A stretch of DNA of 64,000 bases from Phoronis australis (lineage: Eukaryota; Animalia; Phoronida), in assembly GCA_002633005.1 (NCBI GenBank), contig NMRA01000037.1, positions 453,345 to 517,344 of the forward strand, read 5' to 3'. The notes below the pieces were generated by a model. It saw nothing but the letters and a program-made list of their open reading frames with translations, had not been told where the DNA came from and searched no databases. This document shows positions 12,201-25,329 of the stretch, piece by piece. Within the stretch, counting starts at the first letter, position 1; each line of letters begins with the position of its first letter. A program made the position numbers and the translations under genes.

Positions 12201-14163
12201 TTATCAATGGAAATAAAGTGCATCAATTTTTTATGTGGCATTCTTTGGGTAGAACTCCTTTGTAAGTCAGTGACAACTTGTACACAATCCTCATTTTCGT
12301 TTCAACTTTGTTGTTGTAATTTAATTTCATTGCTTATCATTCTGTTTTGTCTTGGTTGTTGTAGCAATTTTAGTTGTATCAAGCAGTATGTTAAAAAGTA
12401 CCAAATATTATAATTTTAGCCTTTACTGCTCTATACCCATGATTAGCTCATAAAACAGATGGCATGTTTGTATGAGTCACAACATTTTACATTCAGTGGT
12501 CATTTCAGCCAAAACGTATAAATAGAACACGTACAATTTTCCATAAATCTTCATTTACATAGTTCTCTGCATCGTGTTCATGCACTGATAAGAATACATG
12601 GGCTGAGTCACCTCAAAGGAGTTAGTGCTATATAGAACTTTGCTATAATATCATTTGAGTTTGTATTTCTCATTTTATTTGTGTGGTTCTGTCAGCTATT
12701 CTATTTAGAGGTGTCTATCATATATTTTATCTCTCCGCTGACTTTGTTTTTAGGTCTGATGTTCAACTTTTTGTTAGAGCAGTATTATCATGTGCAGACT
12801 TTAGTCAACCTCACCACTCAGAACTATGCCCTCAGACGTCATCACGAGAGAACTGTCACAGATGCCGTAAGTTGAGGCACGAAACTGTGTCTTAATCGTA
12901 ACAAATTAGAAAGGCTGCGGAATTTGATGCTTTCTGTGTGTGGATTTTGGTATTTGCGAGGAATTTGTATGTGGTTATATGTTAACCTTGTACTTATGTT
13001 GGCAACTCCCTTCTGGGCTTAATTAAAAAGCAGCATTGATTCATCGTGAATATTTGTCTCTTGGATATTATGGTCGGGTCACTCTCACAATGTACTAGAT
13101 CTGCCACGTAGATATTTACTCTAAAGTCATGTATATGCAGGTTTTCTGATTGAGACAATGATTCAGCTGTTAGACAATAAATTCATGTATTGAAGGTGGA
13201 AACTGCTTGATAGACTCAATATTTTGTCATAAGAATCAGTCACATTGAGAAGCTCTTCTCTTGTTTTGTTGGATTAACGTCTGGATCATTCAGATTATTT
13301 GGGAAAGGTTAGAGAGTATGTCTTGATGGCAGTTTATGGTTGATAGTATATGACTTGACAGTTTCAAAAGGAGTTTGCGCAGCTACTGCACACTCATATG
13401 TTGAAGCACTAGGTGGAATAAACAAATAAACAAAGCAATTTTTACATTGCGGTCTTGGGAACCCGATAATAAGATGCAGATTTCTTGTGAAATAGCTAAT
13501 AAATGGTGAAAATTGCCCCTGGTGAGAAATTTATGTGGTCATTCTATGAATATTGTGGGATCGTTTGGACACGGAAGTGGATAGTTTAATATTCAAGTTA
13601 GATTTGATCCCCAAGATGCCCTGCTTTGCTGGTCCGCACACGCCAGCATGATCGTCAATAGCAACAATTTGAAATTGTTATGGAAGTAAGGTTTAATTTC
13701 CAATAATTTGAAGACTTTGTAATGTGGGCTAACTGGCACACTGACCTTGAATATTGACGGTGGAGTAGACGTGAAAACATGGTTGGCCTCGCAAAGTACT
13801 GGGTTAGTACTAAAATCATAGACATTTATGCACTCCAAAATTATGCACAGGTGGTTCTCAGGAAGAAAAAAGTTTTTTTGGCTCAATAGCAACCTTTACA
13901 ATCTAGTTGATGTCCTTTTAAGGTTTAAACTGCTCCTACTCTCTAATCCCTTTACACTGGAAATAGTTTGTTCGCTCTACCTACATATTCAAGATGGTGG
14001 ATGAACCCATTGACTCATTGATTGTTTCTGTTTGTGGTTACAAAATGGCAACTGCGTGTTTCAGGCTCTCGACGCAATGTTGGATGAACTGAGTCTCACT
14101 TTGGATCAGGATATGAATGACATAGACGATGCCGAGCATGGCTATCCAGGGCCACAAATGTAA
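3295..14163 (+). CDS. Uncharacterized 748-aa protein, 11 exons: basic, Pro/Tyr-rich, probably disordered N-half and acidic helical C-terminal domain
   Basis: Exons are 3295-3341, 4341-4493, 4647-4739, 5898-6549, 7548-8132, 8482-8519, 8953-9151, 10039-10185, 10755-10875, 12754-12866 and 14065-14163. All introns are GT-AG and every phase matches, giving 2247 nt open from ATG (MAVSREEYLWNENSSH...) to TAA (...DAEHGYPGPQM*). I recognise no family. Confidence 0.85.
5017..5764. mobile_element. PIF/Harbinger-type MITE nested inside a short palindromic repeat
   Basis: About 30-bp TIRs (GGGCTGTTCCAGCAAAATCTGTATGGGAGG and CCTCCCACACAGATTTTACTGGAACAGCCC) with a 3-bp TSD TGA on both sides (5014-5016 and 5765-5767). 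Confidence 0.75.
10903..11130 (-). mobile_element. tRNA-derived SINE, near full length
   Basis: The - strand begins GGAGGCAGTGTGGCCTGGTTGATAAG (A-box-like), then GGGTTCAAGTCC (B box), then CCCTTGAGCCAGG and a body shared with 20957-21113 and 70-283, ending in a T-rich tail. Confidence 0.75.
11181..12536. repeat. Near-identical 676-bp tandem duplication split by a single N (probable assembly artefact)
   Basis: 11181-11856 and 11858-12536 differ by a few SNPs and a 3-nt indel, and the junction is exactly the N at 11857. Confidence 0.85.
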
Positions 14164-16374
14164 GTTTGCATGACGTGTAGTCAAAGGTTAAAATTTATGA
14201 GAAAATTGGTTTTCTATCAAACTTGCTCAACATCAGTATAGCAGCCAGGGTCAGAGTTCATATCCTCGTATAATGCCGCTAGCTGCACAAGTTATACTGA
14301 TACCGATATGTTTCTTTGGCATTTAGCCACAAGTCTGGGAATCCACAGTTCATTACTGTTGCTATACAAATCACTATTTTACGTTAAGATTATTAATTTT
14401 GTTTATTTGTTATTCTGATGCTAGTAAATCTTTACCATTGCATTGTAAGCTGCAATGCAGACATTATTAACTTTGAAAAGCTGAGTGAGACATGATAAAT
14501 CATTCTTCACTTGGGCAGTAATACAACATGTTTTTCTATCTCTGCAAAAGGAGAATTGAATCCGGAAATTAGCTTTCTGAGCTCTGAGTTTTGATTGACT
14601 GGTTATCTCACTTTTTGATGAGAAACCCAATCACGGATGTGGTCCCTATCTCCATTGCATTGAGTGTGAAGTTCCTTTTTAAATATTTTCATTTTTTGTT
14701 TCTGAATACTCTTACAATTGATTGTAGGCCAATATGGACATTGTTTAAAGCATATGAATTTTTACAATATGGTTTCAAATCAGAAAAATGGTTTTCCCTG
14801 AGCATTTTTAACCATGTAAATTACTAAAATGACATCACCACAAATGACAGTAAAAAAGGCAACAAAACGAGGAGAAACCTGTAAAACATATTTTCTTGAT
14901 TTATGTTCTACCTTTTTTTTGTTGTTTTTTACACTTTTGACTGTTATTGGCACTGTTTGTGCAGCATATATTGCACTGTTACGACCAATCCTTTTGGGAC
15001 CTTTCTAAAGCATTCTTGTTGTAGCCAAAATTCGCTGTAACCTAATCAAACTGTACATAGTACTGCTTTATTGGAACTACATGTAGTCTTTGGAAGGGAT
15101 TGTTATAAGTGACCAAACCTTTACTGCTCACTGTAATGCAGTTTAACTGTGCCGAAGCATGTATACCTTAAATCGACTTTCCCCAAATATTTCCCTGATG
15201 CTGTTGAATTGTATGACGTGTGTAATGTGCATTGCTTTCCCATTTCAGACTTTCCAACAAAAAGCCTCCATTTCAAGTAGAGAGGTAACAGTGGATGGTG
15301 CTGCAGCTCATTGACGCAGTCTACCAAGATTTACAGAGGCTAGTACAGGGTGGCTCAAAAATAGAACCCATAAAAATTAATTATTCCGGTCCATTTCTTA
15401 TCAGTCTTTCGAGGACTTTCCACAAAAGTTAATCATGCTTGTATTGAATTTTTTGTTTTTTCATGACCAAATGAATTAGTATTTTATATGACACTGTGGG
15501 TTTTGCTTTTGTGGTCAGCTGAGTCATGAATCGTGAAGACTGGTGAAAACAGACAGGGCAATTGAAACTAATAAATCTGTTATTGGCATGACATCATAAT
15601 AAATATCACTACTTTGTTTTGTGTTTAAAAATAGGCATGTTGCTTGGCAAGAAAGTTTTGCTTTTTTATTCACAGCAGGACTCCCTAGCACACGAGTTGT
15701 TGCAGTTTTCTGTTATTCAGAATCTCGGATGTTGATATAAAGAAAGTCATTCTAAACTATGCCATGACAATTGTTATAGATATTACTTCCTACAAATGGT
15801 TACAGTATGCAGTGCACCCTAGTGGTAGATGAAGAAATCATGCAGTGTTATTTTGTGCAGAACTTGTGTTTTATGCATCGATGTTGCCATTATATTACAC
15901 AGTCCAATAGTTGGAAGGCATTTATTGTAGGATAACTTTTAAACATTACATGGTTTTGAGAAACATTACACTTATATACTGTAAAAACTCAGTTTTATGG
16001 CACAATATAGCAGAGAAATGAGTTATATTTTCACGTTATGCCATAAAACATGTCTAGCAGTAAATTAGTTGTTTTCCACGTTCAAGTTCTAATCTTTCTA
16101 CCAGACGATATTAAAAAAACGTGTTCATTTACAATAATGTTAGAAACCATTGAAGAGTTATGTAATTTCTATCCAAAATTGGTGAGATTGTACTGTTATA
16201 ATGACTTTTTGTGTTGCTCGATGTTTTGTTTTTCAGAATATCTTAATCTTGAAAGAATACAAAACAATGAAGTTGTTGCTTTTGTTGTATTGTGCTTTAG
16301 TTAAGAAATAAATGCAAGACTTTTCACACTCATTTGCACATTAATATAGTTTGGTAGCAGCCCTTCGTTTACAT

Positions 16375-16518
16375 AAACTTCGTTGAAAACACGACTAGAC
16401 TTTTTGTTTGAAAGCTTGATACTGGTACACTCGTAGTGTCGGAACAATCTCCGACACTACGACCCCACAAGTATCAGGCTTGCAAACAAAAAGTCTAGTC
16501 ATATTTTCCATGAAATTT
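16375..16518. repeat. Long hairpin-forming inverted repeat (palindromic MITE-like element)
   Basis: Arms of about 69 nt (GACTAGACTTTTTGTTTG...TCGTAGTGTCGGA and TCCGACACTACGA...CAAACAAAAAGTCTAGTC) close a 6-nt loop. Confidence 0.85.
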
Positions 16519-17868
16519 GAACATTAAAGAAAGGACACCTCAGAAGTTTCATAGATATTTTTTTAAGGCAGTTTTTATCACTAATTAAATGTTACATTTA
16601 TGCCGGAGTTCGTTATCACCATTTTACTTTTGGTAGTACTCAGAGAAAAAAATTGCGAAATTGATGAACTTTTCTGATTATGCGTTCAAATCTGAAAAGT
16701 GACAATCACTGTCAGAGTTGCCAAAAAGCTGTCAAAGGCAACAAGGGTACACCTTAATGTTGCAGTAAACTGTAAACCCTGCTTTATGTCAAAGAAACAA
16801 GTTTCAATTTAGTCTACTTATGGTTAGTTGAAATTGGTCTCAAATTGTTCCCAGTCAAAACAGGAGTTATTTCTGAACTTAGATAGAAGTGATCAAAGCG
16901 ACAGTTTTAAGGATCAAGGCAACTCCAATTTTACTGTAAGTGGCCTAGTAATTGATTTTTGACCAACGTTACACACATAGGCTATGGGATGAGTATCCAG
17001 ATTTCACTGATCAGCTGAACAGGATACAGTCATGTCGTAATCAGTTTGACAGCAATAGCACGGGGAGAAAATTGGCAAACCAATGTTCACATAGTCCAAC
17101 TCTTTCATATGATCTCGCGTAATCCAGCAATTATATTGTTAACAGTGTGCCTGACACTAACCGATATTTAAAAATACCGTTTTCAAAGGACTTTCAACAA
17201 ATGTTGTGAAGAAGATGCGTTTTGTATGAAATACTACCACCATCAAACTTCGAATGGAGAAATTAGACTGAACTTTCACCCATCGATTACTTTGTGTGAC
17301 TGTAAGCTCTGACCCGCTCACTACCACAGCATTGTGTACCAACTCAGAAGGCTCGTTTGTCAAGTTTAATCGAATGTGATACTAGATCAGATCGTAATAT
17401 TGTAAATATCTTGGTTTTGTTAATCCAGGGGAATGGTAGGTAACGAATCACATGTTTAACATCACTTTGTCACCTGATGACAGTAACAAGATACTGCCGA
17501 CTGAAATCTGGAAATTGCAATATACGTAATAATAGAGGCAGGTGCAAAAACATTTTCAGGTCATTCACACCTTGTGGTTAGTATACCTTCTTGAACTGAA
17601 CAGTAAGTAATTAAAAAGCCATGTGAACAAATCAACATAAATCAAGAGTTAAGAGTGACAGTAACTGTTGACCCACTTATCAGAAAAACAAGGGAAGTAA
17701 CAATGCTTGTTGATATATTATTTTCTCACTTTACAAACAAGCAAGTATGTACACATTCCATTAAATATTAAATTAATACTTCAACAAGAATCGTGTTTAA
17801 AATGCACATTTCTCCCGGTAAAAACGGCTCAAAGGGAAATAAAACAAAAGTATGCAGCAACAGGGCTA

Positions 17869-20800
17869 CTACATTATAGAGCAACCCTCCATTCCAGGTA
17901 CTTTAGGAACACCGTTCTGGTCAAACTCGAGCCCGGGAGCCTGAAACATGAATGGACAATGATGGGCGACATGTCTGATAATGCATGCTGAGCTTACTGC
18001 ATTGAAACTCACACTCAAGGATGTCACAGACTAGAAAAAACAACCAAAAAATTGATTGTTACTGTGAAATAATATGTCTTTACCTCACAAAAGTTTAAAA
18101 GGGGGATGTTACCTTTTTGAAAGTGTTTTAGTCAGTCAAAAATCGAAATTAACAGAAAACAAAAGTGGAGGCGCAATGAGCCAATTCCCAAAACATCAAT
18201 CAACCTGAGTAAGTAGTGTTGTGACAACTGAACTCAATAGTTGAGACATCTGCGAAATTTCAGACTCAGTCCTATTATATAATAACAATTTAGTTTTTAC
18301 ATGAGCAATGATGCCATAAGCATGTAATAACAATGGTGATTAAGGTTGTCCGACTTGAACACGGAGTCAAAGTTCGGGTTTGAAAATAAATCATTTGATA
18401 AAAATCAACTAAAAGATTCAAAATACATTGCACAGTAAATAACATATGCCAAATTGATCACAAACACATAACAAAAGTAACAACCGTCAAGCCAAGTCCC
18501 AACACACCCAAGATGCAATTTTGAATCAACATAGCAAACCTGTTTCGAGATGAATTGCAACTTTAGATTCAAGTGAGTATTCCTTGACAGTGGTTATGTT
18601 ATATCTAAAAACAAACTAATTTAGAAGTCCAGTTCAATTTCAAAGAAAAATATCTGAGATCTCGGGAATATGTCATGTCAGCCTAACATACATACCATCT
18701 CGCCTACTATTTCCTTTGGTGGTTGACCGCAATCCTGCATCTAAAATCAGAAGTACACATCAAAGAAAGGATTGGTAAGTTGCAATGTAATTCTTTTGAC
18801 TTGTTATTATAAAATTGTACTATACATAGTAGATTAAGCAAATATTTCATTCCAAAGCAGTGTGTTCTCAAAAAGGAATCGTTGCTCTTCAATCCAAAGC
18901 AGCAAGACAACAGCAATGACCCCATTCTTACATACAAGTCAGAACATAGTAACACCATCCCTCACAAACTACAGAGACTGCCAGATACCTTGAAGCAAAC
19001 CTACATGCTACTCAAGTCAAGCGGGGTCATGAACCTGGAATTGAGGCTAACAAGGGGCACCTGACCATTGGAAGGCTCCGCATAAATGGTGTTACTGGAC
19101 CCTCTCTTGGATATCCACCCCCAGCAATGAAATCCACATACGTCAATGAATGAAGTAACAAAACACAAGGCCACATTCAACCCCCACCCTGGCATGGGTA
19201 TTAAAAACCCATAGGTGGTATTAAAACAATTATCTTATCAGCCACGACCATAAACCCTTCTTTGTTAGGCTGTGCCTAACTACAGGGGCCAATTGGGATA
19301 GTTGTATGACTAAGAGCAAGAATCAAAAAGAACTACTTTCACTGACCTTGCACGTCAATTTTCAAAGGCCTATTACGTGTGAGCGACACCCATGACTTAC
19401 AAGGGTCTGCAAAATTCTAAGCCAGTATGCAGATTACTTGCCCCCTCCAAGACCAACACGTTTCACTTACCTCCTGCATCAGTTGCATAATGGCGCCAAA
19501 CCTCTGAGTCTTCAATTGTTCACTGTCTGTTGCCTTCTCCTCATCAAACTTGTTACAAATGGATGACATCAACTCCAACTGCTTCTGATATCTCACTAGG
19601 TCCTCACTGCTAATGTTGGCTTTGTTTTCTTCAATCCACACTGGGTACTATAACATGGTCAAAACAAATTACTAAAATTGAATGAATACGTTCAAAATTC
19701 AACGTGTTCTGAAAGATAAGCAGGAATCCCCTTAGTCACCACATTGTATTGTTTTATTCCACAATGAGAGAGGGCCTACCTGGTGGAGAACCAAGTCAGC
19801 ACACTCACAACCTCAAGGTCTGGCTTTTCGGTTCAAAAAGGCATCTTTATTTAATATTATCGTTATTTAAAAGAAACCCAGGAATATACACAGTCTCATT
19901 CTAAGATACGATAGGCGCCCCTAAATAAGTTGGTTCTCCTTACCCTAACCTCACTCACCCAAGATAGGTAGATCGATAGCTGAACAGCTTTATTTTTTCG
20001 CTTTTCCTAGCACAGGTGCACGGGTACACAAATTGTTTCATTTCACAACTGAAAAATTATTTCCTTTAACAAGATTGCAAATAAAATAAGACAAGTCTTC
20101 ACCTAATTAGCTCACAATATTACTGACAAGTAAAATCATTTTTGTAGATGGCATAAAACAACATTTGGTGAAGTTTCTGCAATTTGCAGCTAAGTAATTA
20201 GCCATTGAAATAAGTGGAGAACTACCATAGCTTAAAATTGCGCAAATATTTTACAACCAATGACGCGAGAAGATACACAACTTACCTATTACAGCCTCAT
20301 TTTAAAAAGAGCCTCTTTTAGATTTAAAAAAACAACTCAATTCAGACATAAATATGAGGCACGTGAAAAAATCATGTTTTGCGCAGTAATTAAGCACAGA
20401 ACGCTTTGTTTTTTAAATCCTAAAGGAGGCTCTTTGTAACATAGTGACTGCGTGAATAAGGTGTATTGCCAAAAGAGTTGTTGTCTATTTTCTGTTAAAA
20501 TTTAGGCCTAAAACTAAGACTATAGATTTACACCTCATGCTGTACAGCCAGTGAACAAGCTTGCGTGATATTTTGATCGAACAGATTCTCACCTTATTTG
20601 ATATTTCCTTAAGTGATGGATATAGCACCTCTTTAGACATCAAAGTCTTCATCATACTTTGCATAAGGGGCAGAATCTCCTCCCCTGATTCACCTTCAGC
20701 CCCTCCCAGATCCCCCATTGCCCCTTCCAAGTCGCCCATGTTTAGACCAGCCAGCATGTTCAGTATATCACTATCTTCCCCTCCAGCCTGAAATACATCC

Positions 20801-23800
20801 GATCCAGTGACCACCAGAGTCAAACGCGTTCAATCAACACCTGGTGGCAATTATATCACATTACATTTTCATCGTACAACGAGAGAATAAATACTGAATT
20901 TTGAGTAAGCAATTAAAGTTAAACAAGAAAATGTCTACGAAAACATCTACATCCACAGGGCCACACTGTTAGATCCTTGAGTAAGGCCTCCAGCTCTTCA
21001 GCTCCATTTTAACTATATATATTAAAGCATAAATAGTTTCAGGTGATCAGTGACAAGGCCCACCTGGGTGGCCTGCACATAACTGGTATATTTACCAGTT
21101 CACCTACAATTACTAACAAAGCAAAACCGTTAAAAACATTTTTTTCTTCACAGGCATATTAGATATTCCAAAACAAATTTACCACATTCTTTTATTTGTT
21201 TTTATTTAAAAGGATTACAGTAAAATTCCTCTAAGTTCCCTAACAACCATACTGTCTTGACGAATTAAAGTAGACCGTCGCGACAAGCAAGTTGGTGAGC
21301 CTGGTTTGAAGAAACAGTGAGCTAATAGCTATTCTTAAGCCTAGAAATTCTTTCTAAACTAAGCAAGAAACAAGATCCATTTCATAACATTGAGTGGCTT
21401 GAATTAAAACATGGTTTTTGACAGGAGACAACGGTTAATTCCCGTTAAAAGAAAGCATGCCACTATCATCAATTTTATTTCCCAAAAGTGAGAAAATAAA
21501 AAATACAAACCAACTGAGATGACCAAGAACTGTACTGGAAATGACTATAATCACCACAGTCTGTACTTCGCAAAGAAAAAGTAACGCTTTCAACTTGCCA
21601 GCGGCTAATTGCCAGACACTGATAATAGGGGCCGTATTATTAAACCATCGGCCATTTTGATTCTGATTAAAAACTAGCGAACCACTACATTCACAAAGAA
21701 AACCAATGTGCATATATAATTACGAACTTGACCCGTGACTTTACCTGACCCAGTTCTTGAGTATTTTCCGAAAGACTTCCTAAAGTTTGTTGCAGAGTGC
21801 TAGCAAAGTGCTGCTGTGAACTCTCTGTATCACCTGAAAGATGAGCAGAATACCAACGCTCACCACACATTTGTCAGCCAGACTGAAAGTAAACCTTCCA
21901 CTTTGACGTGGACACATAACGTACGCTTTTCACCCACCCACAGCACACCAACAACATACACACAAAAAAATCAAAACCCCACAAGTTCCAAAAATTCCAA
22001 GAAAATGCTAATTACCACAAGTGTACGACACACTTGATCATTCTTCTCAGAACACTGCCAGAAATACCTGAAGATGGATGGAGAATTGGCAAACCGAAAC
22101 ATCATTTCACTGTAAATAGGCTAAAGATTGGTGTAAATAGACCAATAGGTTTTAGAAATGGTGTTACTTCATTGGTGACGTTAAACACAGCATTTCATCT
22201 GTAGAGATGAGTTACTCTTGTAGGTCTTAAATAAGCTTCACTGGCACCAAGGCTGGATATTTTGTCACCAGTAAAGTGTGTAATAGTCACCTGTATTTTG
22301 AGAACCAGTTTGATGGCTGTTATTCAATGGAGAAAACTGGTTCTCAAAACGCGGGACCCCAGCAAATCACCCTTGATTTTTCACAACACAAAACAGAGTT
22401 CAGTGTCAGCCAGTCTACTTACTGACATTACCAGCTGCCTGAAACAGTTGTTCAAACTGCTGCATAAGCTGTGGCTCGTTGTCCATCAAATCCTTCATGG
22501 CATCCTCGAACTGTTTGGCTGCATCGTTGGACACCCCACCGAGTAGATCCTCTACAGAGTTGGGCTCTTGGCTGGAATGGGTGGGGGTCTACGAAATGAA
22601 AGTCGAGACCAATAAAACTTAAACATACTCAAATACTAGCAATGCCCTGGGATAGCTAAGAATATTACAGAATGAATTCTGAATTCAAATACACAAACAA
22701 TAATGAAGATCATTTCATCGCAGTGGTCTCTATCAAAACAATATGATGCAATGTAATGAATGTAATGCTATCCAATGCAATACAACAATATAATTAGGCA
22801 ATCACAGACAGCAATGTAACCTGCCAAAAGTTCTGTAGGTATTGCACACAAAATAATATTTCTCAATACGCATGCACTGGGTGAAAATAAAGAATTGGAC
22901 ATAACAACGGCAAATGCCAAAGATATGCCCGAGGTCTGTCTATACAAATACCTTGTTGGAACATTGGTCGAAATTGCTTCAGAAAGGTGAAAAGTTTTGC
23001 ACACTAAGAAGAAAACTCCTTACATGTATGTGTGAAAATTAAGAACGTAACGCAATTCAAGAAAATACGGCCGAATCTCAAAATGCCAAATGAATGCTAT
23101 GCGGTTCGGCATTTCGTAAGCACACATTTTGAAAGTTTGGCCAGAGTCCTCTTTGAAATGAAGGAGGAATTGCACAGAGTAGAGCATTTTCCTGCACGGA
23201 TGTATGAAAATCAACACAGGACAAAATTCATAAGAATCGCAGAGGATAACATGAGCAACACAAAGCACTGGAATGCACCCAACACCTCCTTTCCAAACAG
23301 TGTGCTTATTAATAGGGATATCTAGTAGTTTCCCCGTAATATTATTAAGGCCAGACTTGGCCACTATTGCAACAAAGGTGAAAATCGATGGGTGAAGGTG
23401 AATCCCAGCCAAACGCCTCTGACAAGGTTCATAAAAAATCTGTTAGTAACTCCGATAAACAAAACATAGAAAAAAAATTAAGTCGAATACTGGAATTTGC
23501 TTACTTGAGTTAGCAACAACGATAGAAACACCACTAGCCAAGCTGAAGTCTGTGAGAGAACACCAGTAAGCTTATTCCAGAATTCGACTTAAGTTTTATC
23601 TATATTTAGATACCTCAACTGGACGTCTCAAAACTTTCATGCTTTTGTCAAAAACTAAAAAAGCCAACAGGAGGCACCACCAGTCAAATCTGTCCAAAAA
23701 TCAATTGGTGCCGGCACATTCCGGCTGTAATCTCATGTGTCAAGTGTCCATCAACATTAACAAATTTCCACAAAAGAATGTTTAATACCTGACTAGATGT

Positions 23801-24648
23801 TTTCTCAGCCTTATCAGAGCTTGGTTTGGTTTTTGATGCATACTTATCAAAGTCGGGCAAAGCACCTGAAAGGCAAAGCAAAAACAGTTTTACACACAAT
23901 AATTTCAATAAATAATCAGTATTTGTGTGTGTGATCCACTTGTATGCGATTGTAGCTTGCTTGTCAGTGATAATTTCTCAGGCATATTAACCAGGACAAA
24001 AAGCAACAATCCAAAGATACTGTATTTAAGCTACTTTGACTACAACAAATGCTTTAGTACGTTTCCATGAGAGTTTGCTGTAACACAATACTTCTTGTAA
24101 TATGGACAAGACTGACACTTAACTAAATATACAAGATGACATCATAACATCACAATACAACAGAAGCACTATAACAGGAAACATGTCCTCACAGGAATAG
24201 CTACGCATACATTTGCGGAAAAGATTTAATATCTACTAGAACAAATCCTCACATGAAAAATAACAGCACAGCATCAAACTCGACTTAAAAACAAGTCCAT
24301 GTAAAATTGGTCCCAATTTAAAAGTTGCCAAGCAGAATTTGGCATTTTAAACAGAAATATTTGTCTTAGACAGGGAGCATTCACATAGGTAGCATTGGTT
24401 GAGTTAAGAGGTCTTTAAGTTAGTAACTACCTTTTCAACTCAGTAACGAGTGCGTTACTTTCTAAATAAAGGATCATGCAAGGAAGTTACAAAATTCTGA
24501 TCATGATTTGCCATAGAACCTAATTTCTTAACCCCAATCAGACAAACATACTATCTAAGATGTCGTCCAATTCTGGATCTTCTGTCCCACCAGCTTGTCC
24601 ATTTGAATCCCCCAAAGCCTTCTCCGAGTCTGTATTACCCTCTGACAT
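17869..24648 (-). CDS. PEX19: Peroxisomal biogenesis factor 19, 305 aa, 8 coding exons
   Basis: Exons are 24648-24552, 23865-23789, 22588-22423, 21833-21745, 20787-20593, 19647-19471, 18740-18696 and 17940-17869 (918 nt, phases consistent). Motifs: N-terminal ELDDILDSALPDFDK (PEX3-binding helix), LMSKEVLYPSLKEI..KYPVW, MQDCGQPPKEIVGEM, and a C-terminal farnesylation CaaX (CSIM) followed by TAG TAG. Confidence 0.96.
20273..20466. repeat. Imperfect inverted repeat (MITE-like) in a PEX19 intron
   Basis: AAAGAGCCTCTTTTAGATTTAAAAAAACA pairs with TGTTTTTTAAATCCTAAAGGAGGCTCTTT. Confidence 0.55.
20957..21113 (+). mobile_element. 5'-truncated copy of the same SINE family
   Basis: ccacactgttagatccttgagtaagg...tttcaggtgatcagtgacaaggcccac aligns by eye with the reverse complement of 10903-11070. 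Confidence 0.65.
23466..23603. repeat. Imperfect inverted repeat (MITE-like) in a PEX19 intron
   Basis: TTAAGTCGAATACTGGAATTTGCTTACT pairs with AGTAAGCTTATTCCAGAATTCGACTTAA. Confidence 0.65.
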
Positions 24649-25008
24649 GTCTTGAAAAAGCAAAACGAAAAACATGTGTAAGCAGAGGCCTTTTCGATTG
24701 CAGTTGAACTCAAGTATAGACAGTCAAGTTTAACATGTACACTTGTATTTCACAAAATTCCAAAGAGGGTTGAATAACACACAAAGCAAAAACCAAACTA
24801 ATTAAACCAGCATGTTACTTGATTTCTGTTTTCACTGACAACAATAAAATGAGCACCTCCACAAATTTGCAATAATTTACATAGCGCATCTCTATGACTG
24901 TGTAATCTGCACTGCACAATATTTATTGACGTCTAGAGGTGTGTAGTTTGATATTGTTAGCTACTAGCTATAGCACGCAACTGATTAGACAGTGACCGAC
25001 TCCCTGCT

Positions 25009-25329
25009 CCAGTTGAACTACAGACGGTGAAGCTTCTACAGGCAGCAGGTGGTACGGCGTCATATTCCCTGGCATGCGCTGTGTAAAAATGGCGAGTTTC
25101 CAATTTTGGGAACTGAACGAAGGACTGCTCGAAGAAAAAGTTTGGTAACGAGAGTCTTTTTTCAAGTTGGAAGGAATTATAGACATTGACGGCCTACGAA
25201 GGTGTCCCTCTGTGGGCACAAAGTTACTAATAACAACGCGACTTTGATGTTTTAATCAGTGTGAGGCATAATTTGACGAAAAGCTACTGGTGTATGAGGC
25301 CCCTATAGAAGCTTCACTGTTTCAACTGG
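25009..25329. mobile_element. Putative MITE between PEX19 and LRRC58
   Basis: CCAGTTGAA(ctacag)ACGGTGAAGCTTCTACAGG is inverted-complementary to CCTATAGAAGCTTCACTGTTTCAACTGG. Confidence 0.5.

Noticed and set aside
11428-12413. Twin Cys-rich 102-aa ORFs resembling duplicated small proteins
   Set aside because: They have non-ATG starts, lie in TG-rich intron sequence, and are duplicated only because of the artefact at N11857.
17866-17871. Stop-codon readthrough or selenocysteine recoding in PEX19, LRRC58 or GSK3
   Set aside because: PEX19 ends TAG TAG after a CaaX box, LRRC58 ends TAA, GSK3 ends TAG without a readthrough context, and no gene model needs an in-frame TGA.
23020-23412. Overlapping 130-aa and 97-aa ORFs in a PEX19 intron
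   Set aside because: No recognisable motif, no ATG start and no fit to the PEX19 model; possibly decayed repeat sequence.
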